64,000 bases of DNA from Phoronis australis (Eukaryota; Animalia; Phoronida): the NCBI GenBank assembly GCA_002633005.1, contig NMRA01000205.1:359273-423272 (forward strand), in the 5' to 3' direction. The first letter of the stretch is position 1; each line of letters begins with the position of its first letter. Below, one piece after another: positions 12,665-27,500 of the stretch. The notes under the pieces were generated by a model that worked only from the letters and a program-made list of their open reading frames with translations, searched no databases and had not been told where the DNA came from. The position numbers and the translations under genes were made by a program.

Positions 12665-15600
12665 CTTTAACGCGAAACATCCTATAGGGGGAAAATGACA
12701 TACCTAACAGTAAACTGTCTAATTTTGATGTCTATATTATGATGTGTAATTCTTGCAGTTGTGTTGGTCTAGGCCAGCCTGTCTGGCAAAATTTGACATG
12801 ACTCACCCGTTTTCACGCGATTCCATCGCTCTAGCTAGATTTTATTCAGTTAAGTACGCATATTTCAACCATATGGTGTTAGTGGAATAGAAATGGTAAC
12901 GCCATGAAAAGATATTGCATATCTGTATCAAGACTCGTCTGTTTGAAAATCACACTACATGTGTGTATAGTAAAGAAAATTATCCTTCCTGTACATATTG
13001 AGTTACAGTTGTCAACTAGCCTTCTGTCAAAAACAACTTTTTAGGCCCTACTTAAAGATATCCTGTCCGCTTTATTGCAGTTAAAAACTTCATAAAATGG
13101 ATTTTAGCGCAAGTTATTTCAGTCGAAACTTAAGCTCATGCTCATTTACAACTCCAAATATTTTTAAGCTTGCTGAACTTAATATGGATTTTTGGTTTGA
13201 TTTTCATTTTAAGTGGTGCATCACAACCTAAAATGGCCACTGTAGTGAGTGACAGCTGACTTATGCATTATGGGTACTCATTCAACGGTGCCGCCATATG
13301 CAATGAGGTTTCTGCGGAATCCTCGCCAAAATTCTTAAAAAACTTGAAACAATCAATGGTAAAATAAAGCAAACACAAAAATTACGAAATGCTTATATTT
13401 TAGTGATAGCTTTCGACTGACGAAACGTGTATTCTAAATTGGTAAATATAAATTAGAAAAGAGCACCTTTAAAATGTTATAATTTTTATCTTCTCGAGCT
13501 TCGTCAACAAACTTTTGTATAACCTAAACAAATCTTCCCCTTATCGAGAGAAGGGGTCTTGGTGATTTTTATACAAACACAAATGTAGTGTGATATTGAA
13601 ACAGCTGAATATCAGGCCAGATGTGCTCAGCTGCACGAGGTGGATGTCGATCTGAAGATCTAGCAGCAATGATACCGTAGGTCTGTGCATGGCCTTATTT
13701 AATCTGACAAACACAAACGTAGGGGTAAAACATGCATGTTTGTTCAACAAAAATAAACGTTTTCAAAGTAGGTCATGCACTAAATATTGTGACACTGTTA
13801 GCCTATGCATTAATATGACACGTTAGCTAAACATTCAGGTCACTCCAACCGACTGCACATCAAGTTCCTTGGACAACCATTTGGCAATAATACACCGTGT
13901 CTTTCATAAATTGTTATAATTATTTCATTCTGTTTTGTTACTTCTTTAACTTACTCTACAGTTTCTTTGAATGCAGTCTTAACACGAGGGTTACCTGGCC
14001 ATGATGCCTACAGGGGCTACAATGTAGCTTTATTTAAAAAAAACACGCAATATTTTAATTCAGTCGAACAGAAATGATGCAGGCCTGGGTCGAGTTCAAC
14101 AACGCTACTTCCTCGATAGAAAAGCAAGATTTTGTGAGTATACGCGAGATATTGCCGTTTATTCTCAATGCAGAGCGCGTAATTTCGGCCAAGAGTTTTC
14201 TCATGCTTGCTTGCCGCATGACACCTAATTTACTGCTAGACCACAATGCATTGCATGTTGATCTGAAGTTCACCCAACCACTGACTACAAGTCTTTACTA
14301 CGACATGTCATCGCGAAGAAAAAAGCACCAACCGGGTTGATAATAACGATCAAGTCACGCAGTAGTTGGCTTATCATGACTGGAGGTTTGACAGCATTAG
14401 ATCTGCGCTGCAGCTACACAGTATACATCAGGATGTAGGCTACTTACTGCACAGGTTTTCCAAGACTTCAATGGTTTATATCAACATTAGTCATCCTCAT
14501 GCGATTGACACACAAGGCATCAAGCACAACTGTTATTGTATCAGCTGGCACAGGACGTAGACCTTTACCGCACAGCAACACACGGTCAGCTGAACAACTG
14601 GTTCAAGTCGATTTGATACAGACAGCGACAGAAAATAGATGTTTTGATGATAACCTTATCAAACGTCGTTGAAACTTGTCAAATGCGACATAGGACAGGA
14701 ACTGAACCTGAACCGTGCTGAGGGAATACGCTCGAAAGCAGAAAACAATTCTGTTTGACTTCATTGGTAGGGACAAGAAAATGTTTGCTTGCAGAACAAT
14801 GGATGCATACAGGGTCTTTGTAGATGAAATCAAACGAGCTGTGACAATGCACATTTGTCTCTGCATAACACACAATCACAAAAAAATGTCACGCTCTGCT
14901 AACATTTTTGACTGACTGCCGCAAAGATAGTACTTGCAGTAGCGATTTACAAGGGAGTGGTTCAGTCGGGGTTTAAAACCCGTAAATGACCTTTGTGACG
15001 AAATAAATTTTCTGTCGTTGTTTGGCAATAGCAGATTGAGAAGATGTTCAGGAGGTGGCGCAATACCCCTAAAAAGGTACAGAACCCTCTTACAGTCCGG
15101 CATCCTTTTGAGACAAGAAGTAGATATCCCCGCCGTAACTGTTTTACATTTCACCACCCCGAGCTGCCGGGCTGCTGTTGGTTAATTGTGGGAAGACAAC
15201 CAACTAAGAAACTTAGTAATGCCACGTACTAAAATTGGAGTTATTTGGTTGACATACAACAACCAATAGCTGCATCATTGGTGGTCAAAAACGATAACTT
15301 GCAAGGACAGAAACTCTTTGGGGATGGTTTGTTGTCAACCAATTAAGTCACTTTCTAACAGCTTTACAGTGGTCAAACAGAACAAAGGGTCTTGAAGTTA
15401 AGGCAATTCAGTGGGGGACATGTCTCTCCAAATGAAACCCATTACCGTATCAGGGCTCGATTAACAAATTATGAAATGGTACAGAACGGTTCCAAACTGA
15501 TACTGACGGACATGACACAGTGCTGCACAAGTTCTCAGAAATGCTGTATACTGAATACAAGGCAATGCAATGAAGCTCAGAGGACATGTCTTCCACATAA

Positions 15601-15793
15601 TGCCGACATCAAATGAAAACCCAACCCAACACAATACAATGGGAAACCAGAGAAATCCGAGATTACCATTACACCTCGAAGAAAAAGTTCTCGACTAATT
15701 TGGCTGAACGCAGAGACCCGTACAGTTACTTCTTTCGTACACATCGGAGGTAATACCAAAGATACCACAAAAGCCCGAAAAATACCCCTCCCC

Positions 15794-15798
<5 letters not shown>

Positions 15799-15850
<52 letters not shown>
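15799..15850. repeat. (TA)n microsatellite
   Basis: About 26 perfect TA units. Confidence 0.95.
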
Positions 15851-15853
<3 letters not shown>

Positions 15854-18800
15854 CATTTAAACATCTTAGTTGGGGGCGCGTCCCTGCTATCAACTCCTTC
15901 TACAGTGTATGACAACAGCGGATGTGGCCAAGGAAACCAAACCCTCCTCAGTCTCATCCTCCTGAAATTACATTTAGCCAAGTTGCCGAAAAGGCAATCG
16001 CGAAGATTTAACTTCTCGAAATTTTGGTCGAGATCCCCATCACGGCACCCTAGATCCGCCGGAGAATGGAAGAGCATATAAGTGGATTTAACAACCGGTG
16101 AACTGCACACACTAAGATAAACCTAATGAGTGCTGGCCACATCTTGAAATTAACTCTTTCCCGAAAACACTCGGTAAACCCACAAAAACGGTACTGGTTT
16201 CAAAAAATTTGCTTACTTAATAAGTAAAATAAAAGTTACAACACTTCGAGAAAACCTCTGCCAAGGTATTCAATTTCCCACGCGGTTCGCAATCATATTC
16301 TTGATATCTAAAAAATGTAGTCCTTAGTGTTTTTTAAACAACCATCCAGAAACCTATTCGATTTTTGACCTATCTCACGAAATTTAAGAAAAAAAATTGT
16401 GTTCATTACTTTTTTTGTGCAATGCAGCAATCATATAAATAGACAGACAGCTCTTTATGACGGTAAGTCATAACCTCTCCGCCGGAGGCAACTATGACCC
16501 ACATAGAGTCATTCAATAGAGAATAACGCTTGCAACTGTGGCAACCAACTTTTTAAATAAATCGACATGAGTTTTATGCCATGCAGGCAAGATAGAACAC
16601 TGGGAACATAAAAACGAGCAATATATGGCAATTGTTCCATGTTTAGTTCTACTTGCTGTCAAAACACGCGGTTCGTCACAGCACACACCAGAAAAGTGTC
16701 ACTGCGTGAACATTTTGGCATGATGGCCAATTGCCATTATCTCCCTGATCACCTCATTACAGGAAAATTAGGCGTTATTGTAGTCTGGTGATATTCACAA
16801 TTTTGGACGTGTACTTTGTTCGGGCAATTGATCCTTACAATAGTGCTTGAATTTGTGATCTGTGTCCTGACAAAACTTGATGTTTTTCTTTTGTGACTTT
16901 GGCATTCAGTCTGTTCTTGGCCGAGCAGATTTTGGGTTTCTATCGTTTGGCTTCAAGTTGTAGACAGATTTTAGCCTGAGCTTCAGTGATTTCGTGAAAA
17001 AGGCCGCCGTCCATGGACTGATTTTTAGCTAAAGGACACAGGATAAAAGACTTTTTCGAAAAATAGCCCCTACGAGCCTGTTTCCCAAGACCCACTCGCT
17101 TGAACTGTCATATTAATAAAATCAGATTACGAATGGCTTAGCTTGTTTCACGAAAATCAATCAGAAAACCTGTTCAGTACAACTCGAAGACAAAAGACAG
17201 AAATTCGTAGTCAGCTCGAATATACGGAAGACAAAACCTTTCGTGATATGCAAAAGACAAAAAACTTACTTTTGGCTATAGAAGTCAGATTTCTGATTTT
17301 TGGCTAAAGTCAACAGACTCTTCGAAAAACGTACCCAGGGATTACACATAGAAGAAGAGAATGGTCTTTTTAAAATATTCTTCTGCAAATCTCGTCAATC
17401 CCGTGGCAGTGCTATCATTACTTCTGTGCCTCCTAATTTCAGCCGCCCGGCACTCCATGCAGTTTGACTAACACTCACTCTGAGTGCGCCTTGCTGTGCT
17501 TAAGTCTTTTGACTATAAAAATAATCTGTGTGCCGCTCGTGAAAATTCTCCTCAGCTTTTCGAGCTGACGGACAGAAAGCACACCACGGGGAATCTCCGG
17601 TAGTCAACATAACCCGCTGTGTCACGACCAACCTAGCAAGATCATGCGTTCTCAGGCTTCCCTCTGGCTCCTGCAAGCTCTAAATACTGAAAAATCCCTG
17701 TTTCGGTTTTAATTTCTATGTTCAAAGTAAATCCAAATAATTTAATGCTACGACGTGACCGGAATTCTGTCTCGTGACTTACCTGAGGAACGATGCCACA
17801 ATAACACAAAGTACAGTCGATAAATACCACACAGTTTTATCCTTTTCTATAATAAGAGCCACTATCACTAACTACCTGAACTTTATCCTCCATATTCACT
17901 TAAGTAAACGTGGACCACAGACCTCCCTGTTCCCCCCATAATGGGGACATCTTTGCATGTGTACTATCTGTGTGTTACGGCAACCACCCGGTTACGTCGA
18001 TGACGCTGTTAATAATATGCGTGTGCGCGGATATGTATTTGTACGCTGTAACACGCCAAAGGTCAGTATTAAATCATGATGGTAGGACGCGAACAGCTGT
18101 TATCATTAGTAGTGTGTACATCGTTGAAAGATTCGCCCAGCGATCGATCCCAACTCCCCGTACATTGTATACGCTCCGCCGAGACGCGCCGTGCAAGTGA
18201 CAGTGTGTAAATGACAACCCATTGATGGAAATCACTCTTCCGCGCCTTAAAGGCCCAAGGCATTCATATTTACATGATTGTGCGCCTGCTTGCGGATTTA
18301 GGCTTATGCACCAATAAACAAACCATATATTACTATACGGTTGAGTAATTTGTTTCAGTGGATATTAACTGAAAAACATGAAGGATAGAAAACACTAAAA
18401 CATTCATGCGCCAAAGTGACACTCACCTGCGCTTGAGTGAACCTAATTAAGGCGCATGCACCATATGGTTATCAGTGACAAGCGTCAGAGCGAATACATC
18501 CCCATGGGTTTCATTCTGCGTACATACGGCATTTTAAATTATCATTATTGCATTTGGACACGGTCCGTTCACGGCTTGAGTCTCCTGACCAGCTGTCAAA
18601 AAACTAGGCAAGAAACAAAAAAGGCGGAAACATATTTTAAGCCTGGACTGTGTAATTACATTAGATTGTTCAGGAACCACTATATGTAGTCTCACTGACG
18701 ACAGAAATGGATTGAAAGAAACATTGAAAACAATGAAATTGCGAAATAGCTAATTATAAGTAGCATCCCAGCCTGGTCAATTTTTAAAATGAGCGGCCGC

Positions 18801-21410
18801 AGGTATCACAAACGTCATGGCGATAATTTCTCTAATTACAGCCAGGCAATTCTGCTACATACGACCAAGGGTAATTATGTGGCGGCTACTCACGAGCATC
18901 GACTGTTGTTGCATATATATGATGGTAGACCGATACTGACACTGCAAACATGTCTAAGCTAGCTGTTAATAACGATGATGTGTACATTGGCAATATTTCT
19001 CCAGTATTAGCCTACTTGCTGCATCATCATGTTGTAGAAATGTTGCCCAGTGTATACACAAAAAATCAGACTTCCAACATGTGATCTCCCTGAAGTCATG
19101 CATGTGATGTAGGCTTAGACAAATGGCAGCCTGGATTCTTGTAGCATAGCTTGTCATCGCCTCCTCAAAAGACAATACCCCATTCTCGCCCATCATGTGA
19201 ATGAATGGCATGGGTACAGTTCAGTAACGATAGGACCTGCGCTCTAGTAAGTTTGCGTCTAAGATGTTGTCAACTTAATTGTTGTCCACGTGTTCACGGG
19301 ACATGCTGCTAAGTCGGTTTGGAAAATGAGGAAGTATTGTGAAAATGTTACTACGAGGTGCACCCTAATTTATACACACTTGCCCAAGTCGTCCATATCC
19401 TAATTTCGCCAACAAGGTTGAAGGTTTTTGTACTTATTGGTTCTTTCTACTAATGATATCATAGACACGGAGACTGCTGTGACTACATGCAGTTTGATTA
19501 CTGGTCAATACATCAGCGTCATCTATCGACCAATCTCGCTGATGCACGACATGTTTTTAAAATGCCAAAACTAAAGTCCTAGTCTCCGTTTGCGAATGAA
19601 ACGAGTCGTCTGCTTGTCAAGGGCCTACCCGCGCGATTTCAAGTGGTTTGACTTCGGCTTTATTGCGTCATCCTAAGATACGCGAGACATTATATTCGAG
19701 ATACTGTTTCTGCAACGCCCGTGTCAAATGAAAGACCTGTCGGCTGACTCGAAGCTTATAGGAAACTCTGAAAAGTGAAATTTTGAGCCATCGGTAAGTG
19801 TCGTGAATTACGGTGCGATTACAAAAGTTTTCATAGACAGTCAAGTTTTAGGCCCTGTCTTCATAACTGCGTTTCCTCTTGGAACTAAAACAACTTTTAC
19901 GGCTTTGCGTTTGACAAAAATGTTTTTCGCCCACACATCGTTTTGCATCATTTTCGTGGATGGGCTTCGCTAATAACACGAGCTGAAGAATTTCCTAATG
20001 GCGCGAGCCATATAAGGTTGGACACTAAAATTTTGTCGAGCCTAAGCTCCGAACTTCAATTGTCTCAAATCTGCATGCAACTTCCTCAGACTGGTACTGC
20101 CTAAACCCGTGAAGCGATTCCGGCTTGCACTCATTATTCTCCCTATGAGTGGTGAATTGGCGACGGGTTTTCCAAAACAAAGTTAACGTAAAATTCTAAT
20201 TTCAAGAAGGCTAAATAATTAACAAGGGGGGGTTCCAGTTGGGCTTACGCTTGGTGAAAATAAAACTTCGGGTTTGAGCCAGCAAAGCCTATGGCAAAGA
20301 CAGGAAATTTGTCATCCCATTCAAAATAATAGAGGTTAATAAAACTGAACTTCCACTTACGTGCTGTTTACTTCTTAGTGCTCAATTTATCATTTAATAT
20401 AGAATTTAATGCAAGAATTAGATTATCTTGTGCTTGATCTTGACATTATGTGCTTTTCTTGGTTGAAGCACAACGAACACTCGGCTTTTCCGGTGCCTGA
20501 CAGCGCGTTCATCGCGGAAAGTCACCTCAATATCAGCAACTGTCGGCTTTCGCAATAGGCCTACGTTAGAAGCCAGCAACCCGTGGTTGTTCCGTTACAA
20601 ACAACGTTATTTTACAAAACCAGAGTTTCAGTCAATTGACACCAGATTGTGTGAAGTTCACTCAAATAACATTCGTGGGCTCGAGAAAATAGACTTTATG
20701 AATTGCTTCCGTAGCGTCCGTGAAAAATCCAGATGTGTACGAAGGCCGTCTGCAATCACAAAATAGTCTGCTTGAATTTGTGATTTTGTTGGTTTTTGAC
20801 ATTTTTGTCGTCAAGTCACCACTCAAAGGCAATTTGATGTGATCAAGAGAAACAAGGTATTCAAAGATTGTGCGAGACTGATTTCGTATAGTTATATGCA
20901 CATCTGAGTAGAAAAGTCTGGGCATACTGATTTTTAGTGTCCAACCTATATGTTTTATTACAGTGAGTGACGTCGGTGGTGATCGAGGAACAGATAAACT
21001 CAAGGGCCTGTGGATAATATGATGGGAGGGCGAAAACGAGTAACTTTTTCTTTTGCCAAAGATTTTCATCCACACAATTAAGCCAACATCACCACGACGT
21101 CAACACTTCGAAAACTTGCGTTTTGCCGCCCTTACGAGTACTATATACAGCGAAAACGGCGATTTCAAAAAGTTACGTTTACCGTCATCCACACGAGTAC
21201 AGGATGCCTTTTCGCCTATTCACACGACTATAAAGAATAAAGTGTTTTGAAAATGCATTCTGGTTGGCGTTTTCAAACAATTGCGTTTGCGTTTTGGTAG
21301 TGGTTTTCAGTGTACAGTTTTGCCGGAACGGCGTGTCCCTAAATGGGGTATGGCAACCTGACATTAGTTTTGGGTAACCAGGCACCAGTTGATTTGTTTC
21401 AGAGAATGCA

Positions 21411-21513
21411 ATGTTGGACCAGAAGAAAAACCTTCGAAACCACTGGAAAACCTTGGTTCACCTAGTTTGTTTGACGACATATTTTTACAAGCACGCATAC
21501 TGCTGGGGAGAAG
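21411..21513 (+). CDS. Receptor exon 1: start codon and signal-peptide-like leader
   Basis: MLDQKKNLRNHWKTLVHLVCLTTYFYKHAYCWGE. Preceded by acceptor ttgtttcag (AG 21401-21402), ends AAG|gtacgt in phase 1, matching the next exon. Confidence 0.65.
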
Positions 21514-24500
21514 GTACGTAGGTTTTAGACTTTAACCTTAGTCCCTACATATGGGAATTTCAAAGTAACACTGAAATAAATACTTCTACACTTTGGGTCC
21601 CGCCAGCGCGGAAGTGCAAACATCTAAAATACTTTATAAAAGGATTATTCGTTGAAATGGTACGAAAGATTCACACTTCGGTCGTTTCGTTGGCTCGATA
21701 TTAGCACCATTAAAATTCTGATTATCCGACTTCCCGATTGATTTAAAAGCGGGTATGCACTCGCCTTCCAAAACTGACTTGTGATTTAGACCACAATTAC
21801 CGTCACGAAATTGGCAATTTCAAGGCTCAGAAAGAACTGGCATTTTTTTTTCATGAGACCATGCTCGGTACATTGAATGACACGCCGTGACAAGCCAATT
21901 GGACTCAGTCATTCTGCCGAAGCCCTAAAATCACCTCTAATGTGACTAAGTAAGTTTGAGTCCAATTTCATAACGGTAGTGGTCCAAATCAAAGATTGTT
22001 TTTGTGGTTAGTGGCGCTTCTATTATATATCTGCTTTGAAGTAGACAAAAATGCACAAATGATGCCCAGTTCAAGACATCCAAAAATGATCAAGGGACAG
22101 CCACCTGAGCCCATACGTGTAGGTACACGCGCCTATCATTTACAAACCACTCGAGTCAAATCTTCTTAAGGAAGAAACATATTATTTCAGATATAGGCGC
22201 ATAAATTATGTGTACATTGTCCGGCCACGTTAACACATTGGTGGCGGATTCACATTTTTTATGACTTTGTAGTACCTGACGTAGATTGCCTGCGTGATTT
22301 CGCCGGATCTACTTACAAAGGCACGCGGCATCAGACGAGCAGAAGTCGAAAGCTGAGCAAGTCCAGCGACCGCTGCTGGAGGTGGTCCTACGTAGTTCAT
22401 TTCGCCAACAGTCATTCAAAAGTACAGGAAATACGACCAATGTATGATCAATGGAAAACGAACCAACGCGACGTCGATCCCGGCCTCTGCAGAAATCCCA
22501 ACAACGATCCAAATGGTCCGTGGTGTTTCACATTTGCCTCCATAACGGGTGGGGCCGAGTGGAATTACTGCGCCGATATCGACATTTGCCCGTATGGTAC
22601 AAACTTCTCAATTATACAACTTTTTTCAATGAATTCATGCAGAAGCGCGGAAAGCCAAGTGCCATTTTATTTGCGAATTTGTTGAAACCAGTCCGCACGA
22701 CTTCTAATTTGAAAAAAGTCCAACATTTCGCTTCACCATGTAATCAAGGATAAAAAGTTGTTGACTGCACACAAAATCAGTTCAGCAATGCAAGTAAAAG
22801 TAGGCTCTGTTTAATGAAGAGGGTGAATTTCCAAACAATTTAGCGTTGCTGTACACCTACCGTGTGCTTCGCATGTAGTGCAGATACTATGAGCCGGCTC
22901 ACCTTACAATTACCTCCCAACGGCATGTAAAAACGGCGGGCTAGGTAAGGGGTGAAAACAGACAACTTCGGTTAAGAACCCTGCTATCGCATCAGCTGGG
23001 TATTCGCAGTATCGGCTCTAAAACGGGTGGCGGAGGAAAGATTGTGGGAACCGACTATAAACGTTGCTCAATATGATGAGTTAGTCGGTGGGCCAGATTT
23101 TGTAGGGCCTCTAGAAAATGGTTTTTGTGAGTACTTTAGGGGGGCAATTTTGTTTTGGTGTTTTTTAATTCATTTATTAGAGTGTTTTCAAAATCTAAAA
23201 AGTTCCCACATATAAAGTTGCACATTTTTGAGAAATTTGGGTTTGAAGTTACCTAATAATCACCAAAGAGCTTAGTAAACTTATATTTGTAAAAACAACA
23301 GTTTTGGTGACTTTTTTGTAAAACAAGTAATATGGTCCCATCAGTGCCATTGTATTGAACAATATTACACTCACATTACATGTTTTACTATTGTAAATTA
23401 ATTGTAAACAGTGAAATTTAAAAAACGTAAAGAGACACCTAGTGGCAAAAATACAAACTAAGTCTGAATGTTACTAGGAAGTTATTCTGGCATTGTCAGG
23501 CAACAAAAATAACACAAAACACTTGAGACTGGGCAAAATTTGTGCCTCAATGACTAAAACATTGACTAATGGTGTAAAATACAGCTTGTTTGCATAATAC
23601 ACCAGAAATATGTTATAGTACAAAAACAATATAGTTGAATGATCTCTGTGAATGTGCACAAAGACTGTATTAAAATAGATTATTCTGACAGCGTTTATTA
23701 AGCAGTATGAGACAAATACATGACAATGATCAAAGTATGTACTTTCTATGACTTAATCAACAAATAAAATTAACTTTTTAATACAAAAAAGGAAATAACG
23801 GGGTTGGAGGTCTATTTAGGGTTGGCCTGTCAAAGAACTATCCAATGTTATGCAGTCAGTGTTGCTGATGTTACTACAGTTGTCACAGCTGCACATTTCT
23901 GTACAGTTTGACCCAGCATTGCAGCACAAACTCAGTTTCCCAGCACACATGTTCTTTTTGCACTTGCAGCGTTCATCGTTTAGTACTGTCAATGGAGATG
24001 CGGTCATTGCCATACATATTAACTGCAAAGCTCCACCGCCAAGGAGCCAACTATGGTCGATTAGAGAGGGTACAGCACTGCACACTGGTGATTAGCCCGC
24101 AGGCAATGAAGGGTCAAACACTAAGTCCTTGTTTGGAGGCGGGCACTATTTGGGCAAACGTTTGATTCAAAATATGTTACAATGGGCTGTGTTAATTAGA
24201 GTCAGCAAGTGAATTATTGAACACTAGCCTCAATTCACTTTCGTATCTCTTAGTCAGGCACAAACTACAACAGTGAGTAGCTTCAACAATATTTCTTAAG
24301 ATTGCCTGTCCAAATAACTTCATGCACACCAGCTTTCTGAAGAACAGCTTCAAAGTCTTGCTTTATTTTTGAAAGGCAAATGACATCTCCATGTGCTAGA
24401 AGCTTTGATTCAATGAACTCCAAACAAAACTGTAGAAAAACATCTCTGAAAACTGGGGATTCGTCACTCTCCACAATCTTTGTCTTTCTCTTTTTTACAG

Positions 24501-27500
24501 CATGATGATCTGTGGTACTTGGCTTCTAAGACACAAGGTCTTTATCTTTGAATTTCATTTGCATATTCAGGGCTCTGGACTGAGCTGTTGCTTGCGATAC
24601 AAGTCCAACTGAAAAAAACCCGAACTGTTAACACTAATTTAACATTCAACTATGAGTGAGTTGGCATGCAACTTTTTCAGACGGACGTATCAGGAGCTGA
24701 TCCACCACCAGCCTAACAAATTTACATGCCGTTTGACCTGTAGCCTAATAATGTTGATCGTCTAATAATTAGATCAGTAGATGCAGCTGAAAATAAATCA
24801 GCTGATATACCTGTGCAGTGATTGAAATTTAATTTTTTTAAATCAGATGCTCAAACCATAGTCAATCGATTTACACTTAAGGTAATCGACGTTTGACGAA
24901 ATGGACAGTGGCTTCCATCGTCCTCAAATTTCGACGGCGACGATGGCCACTTAGGCACTTTAATTTAATTATCATTGCAGCTGCTACCTAAGTAATTAAT
25001 GTTTACAAAAAATTGAGACTACGGCAGGGGATGACGGCCACTTGGGCATGTTGTTTGCAACTATCTACTCCATTTAACCTTCTCAAAAATTTTTGACTTA
25101 AAGTGCTTTAAAATCACACCCACAGTATAACGCCATAGGATTATCCCTTAGCGCAAGCAGTGTCGATGTGGCAACTGAATGGAGTGTTCGAAAAACAGGA
25201 TTGCAGGAGTATTTGTTTAAACTGGGAACAAATGAAAACATTAACGACCTCCTCAGAGGCATCTCTCTACGCGGTACTTCTAAACTTATAGGAACATAAT
25301 TTGCCGAAAAGTATCCGGCATATGAAGTACCTATGGTATGATCATCGTCTCTACTGGGTCAGCAGTATTGTCTAAGGCCTAGGCAGCCAAGGGGCTGAAC
25401 AAGTTAAAAAACAACTGGTGATAATACTGAAACACACATGGAAAACACCAAGATGTATTTTTCAAAAACACGTACCTGTTTTTGAAAGCTATACTTCTTT
25501 CTCTTTCTTGAAATGTGGCCCATAATGTACTTTTCCTGCTAACAAATGATGCACTCATGTTTCAGAATGTTCCTATCTTGTTCAGGTTAATTGGGTGTTT
25601 CAGATTTTGGAAGTATAATTGATTTTCTTGGGAAATCTTGGATAACATCTGTATCACTTTCAGCAACTTCAGCTTTAGTACTACTGTTGGTGCCTTGAAA
25701 CGTTGCTATGCCGTTCTATGTCCTTTCAATTTTCTGGTCTGACACTTGGTCTTCTAGTCTACAGCACTCAGCAGTATACTGTGTAGGCTACCAGGACATG
25801 CAGCTGTTTTCTGCACAAACGTTTGTGACACCTCTTCTTCTTTTTGATCTACTGATCTACAGAGTTCCACAGTCAATCAGCTTTCGTCAGGAAGCTTTCC
25901 TAAGCTTCTTTAGGCTCTGACATCACAATTTTGTGCTGTTTGATAAACCTTGAATTATACAGGCATCACACTCCATGGGAGCAGCCATATTGAAGTAACT
26001 AAGCACAACAATACAATCTGGCTCTCTGATTGGTCAATTCAATAGAAAAGCGCCATCAAGTGGCAGGAATGTGCATCAAATTTTGTGCAACAAAAACACC
26101 TTTTTTTAAAAAATGTGCAAGTGTAGACGTGGGAACTTTTTGGAATTTGATTTATTAAATTTAACTTGTTAAATGCATTTATCGTCATTATTTTGACACT
26201 TGTCTCTTTATTTTGAGACCAGTCCTTAGGGTTTATTTTGCATTACTCATCTCTATCTATAGCCTCTAAGGCCTACTTTTGTATTCATACGTTTCTCTAC
26301 GCAACTCCTGATTGGACGCCCATATTTCCTTTGTTCTGTTCAACGTGGTCTCTCATTCAGCCACCCATCTCGTCATCTACAAGACCTACGTTCGTTCTCT
26401 TCATTTTTTTTCCTCCTCTTGTTTTACTCTGCAACATAGCTCGTGGCGTACCCCGGGCAAAATAGATTACGATAAATAGGTATATTATCTAGCCACATAG
26501 AAAAAACTAGGTTGCCCCCCCAAAGTACTCACAAGGATGAACGCTACGAGATCTGGCCCACCGACTAAGTGTAACAACTGCCTGAACGGTACGAGGCATT
26601 CGAGGTTTTGAGCAAATAAGTGGCATGTTTTCGCCCGACGCCATCTATAACACTCGGGTTATTTTCATAGTCTCAAATTATCTGTCGTAGGTGTTTTATA
26701 TCTCCGCATGTTCGAATTACTTCAACCCTAATAGAAAATAATAATGACTGTCACTAACTGGAGATTTCAGTTGCTGGTCAAGTCCCCGGCATATTCCTAT
26801 GAGGCTAAAATGTAAAATATCAGTACACCAGTAATGACATCGTGAAGGATCTTCTAAACGTGATAGGCTGATCACCATAATTATGATAGCTGTTCTGATT
26901 GAATCTTGGGCATGCGCAGATATGAAACACTTCCGAGGAATAATTTGGGCTCTATCCGAGGAGGTCCCGGATGAATCTGGTAGACACACTTAGCGCACAT
27001 GCAAGCGTAGGAGAACTTCTCATCCATATGCATTCGCTGGCAATATATGAATAACGTTGGTCGTTGACAGTTACTTCCGACCATGATCACCCCGTCAAGT
27101 TATTCGTTGGGCGTTTTGAGAGCGGGATGAAGTATGTTGCGATGATTCGTTCGCTTTCGTTTTTTGTTGAATCGCGTTATAACAAAACGGCGAGTTCAGG
27201 CGATATCGGACGTTCTAGAACGAGTATTATGATATATGATACATAAAACTCGATCGTTCCCAGAACGTCCGAGGTGCTTAAAATCGTTAGCTCAAGGTTT
27301 GTCTTGTTTCTTCTTGCAGTCGTGGACATGACTTGCTTAGGAGACGAGCGAGGATTCAACTTTAATGGCAGACGGAGAAAATCCCGAAACGGAAGGGAGT
27401 GTGTTGCGTGGTCATACATGCTGCAGGAGTTTCCGGATCACAAAAATATAAAGAATATCATCAACGTTGTTAGTGGATGGACCACTTACGTCCGAGACTA

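Noticed and set aside
14055-15232. Cluster of overlapping Cys-containing short ORFs, possibly a decayed transposon gene
   Set aside because: No motif I can assign, frames are interrupted, and there is no consistent splice structure.
15577-16110. 177-aa minus-strand ORF
   Set aside because: It runs through the (TA)n microsatellite (IYIYIY) and has no recognisable domain.
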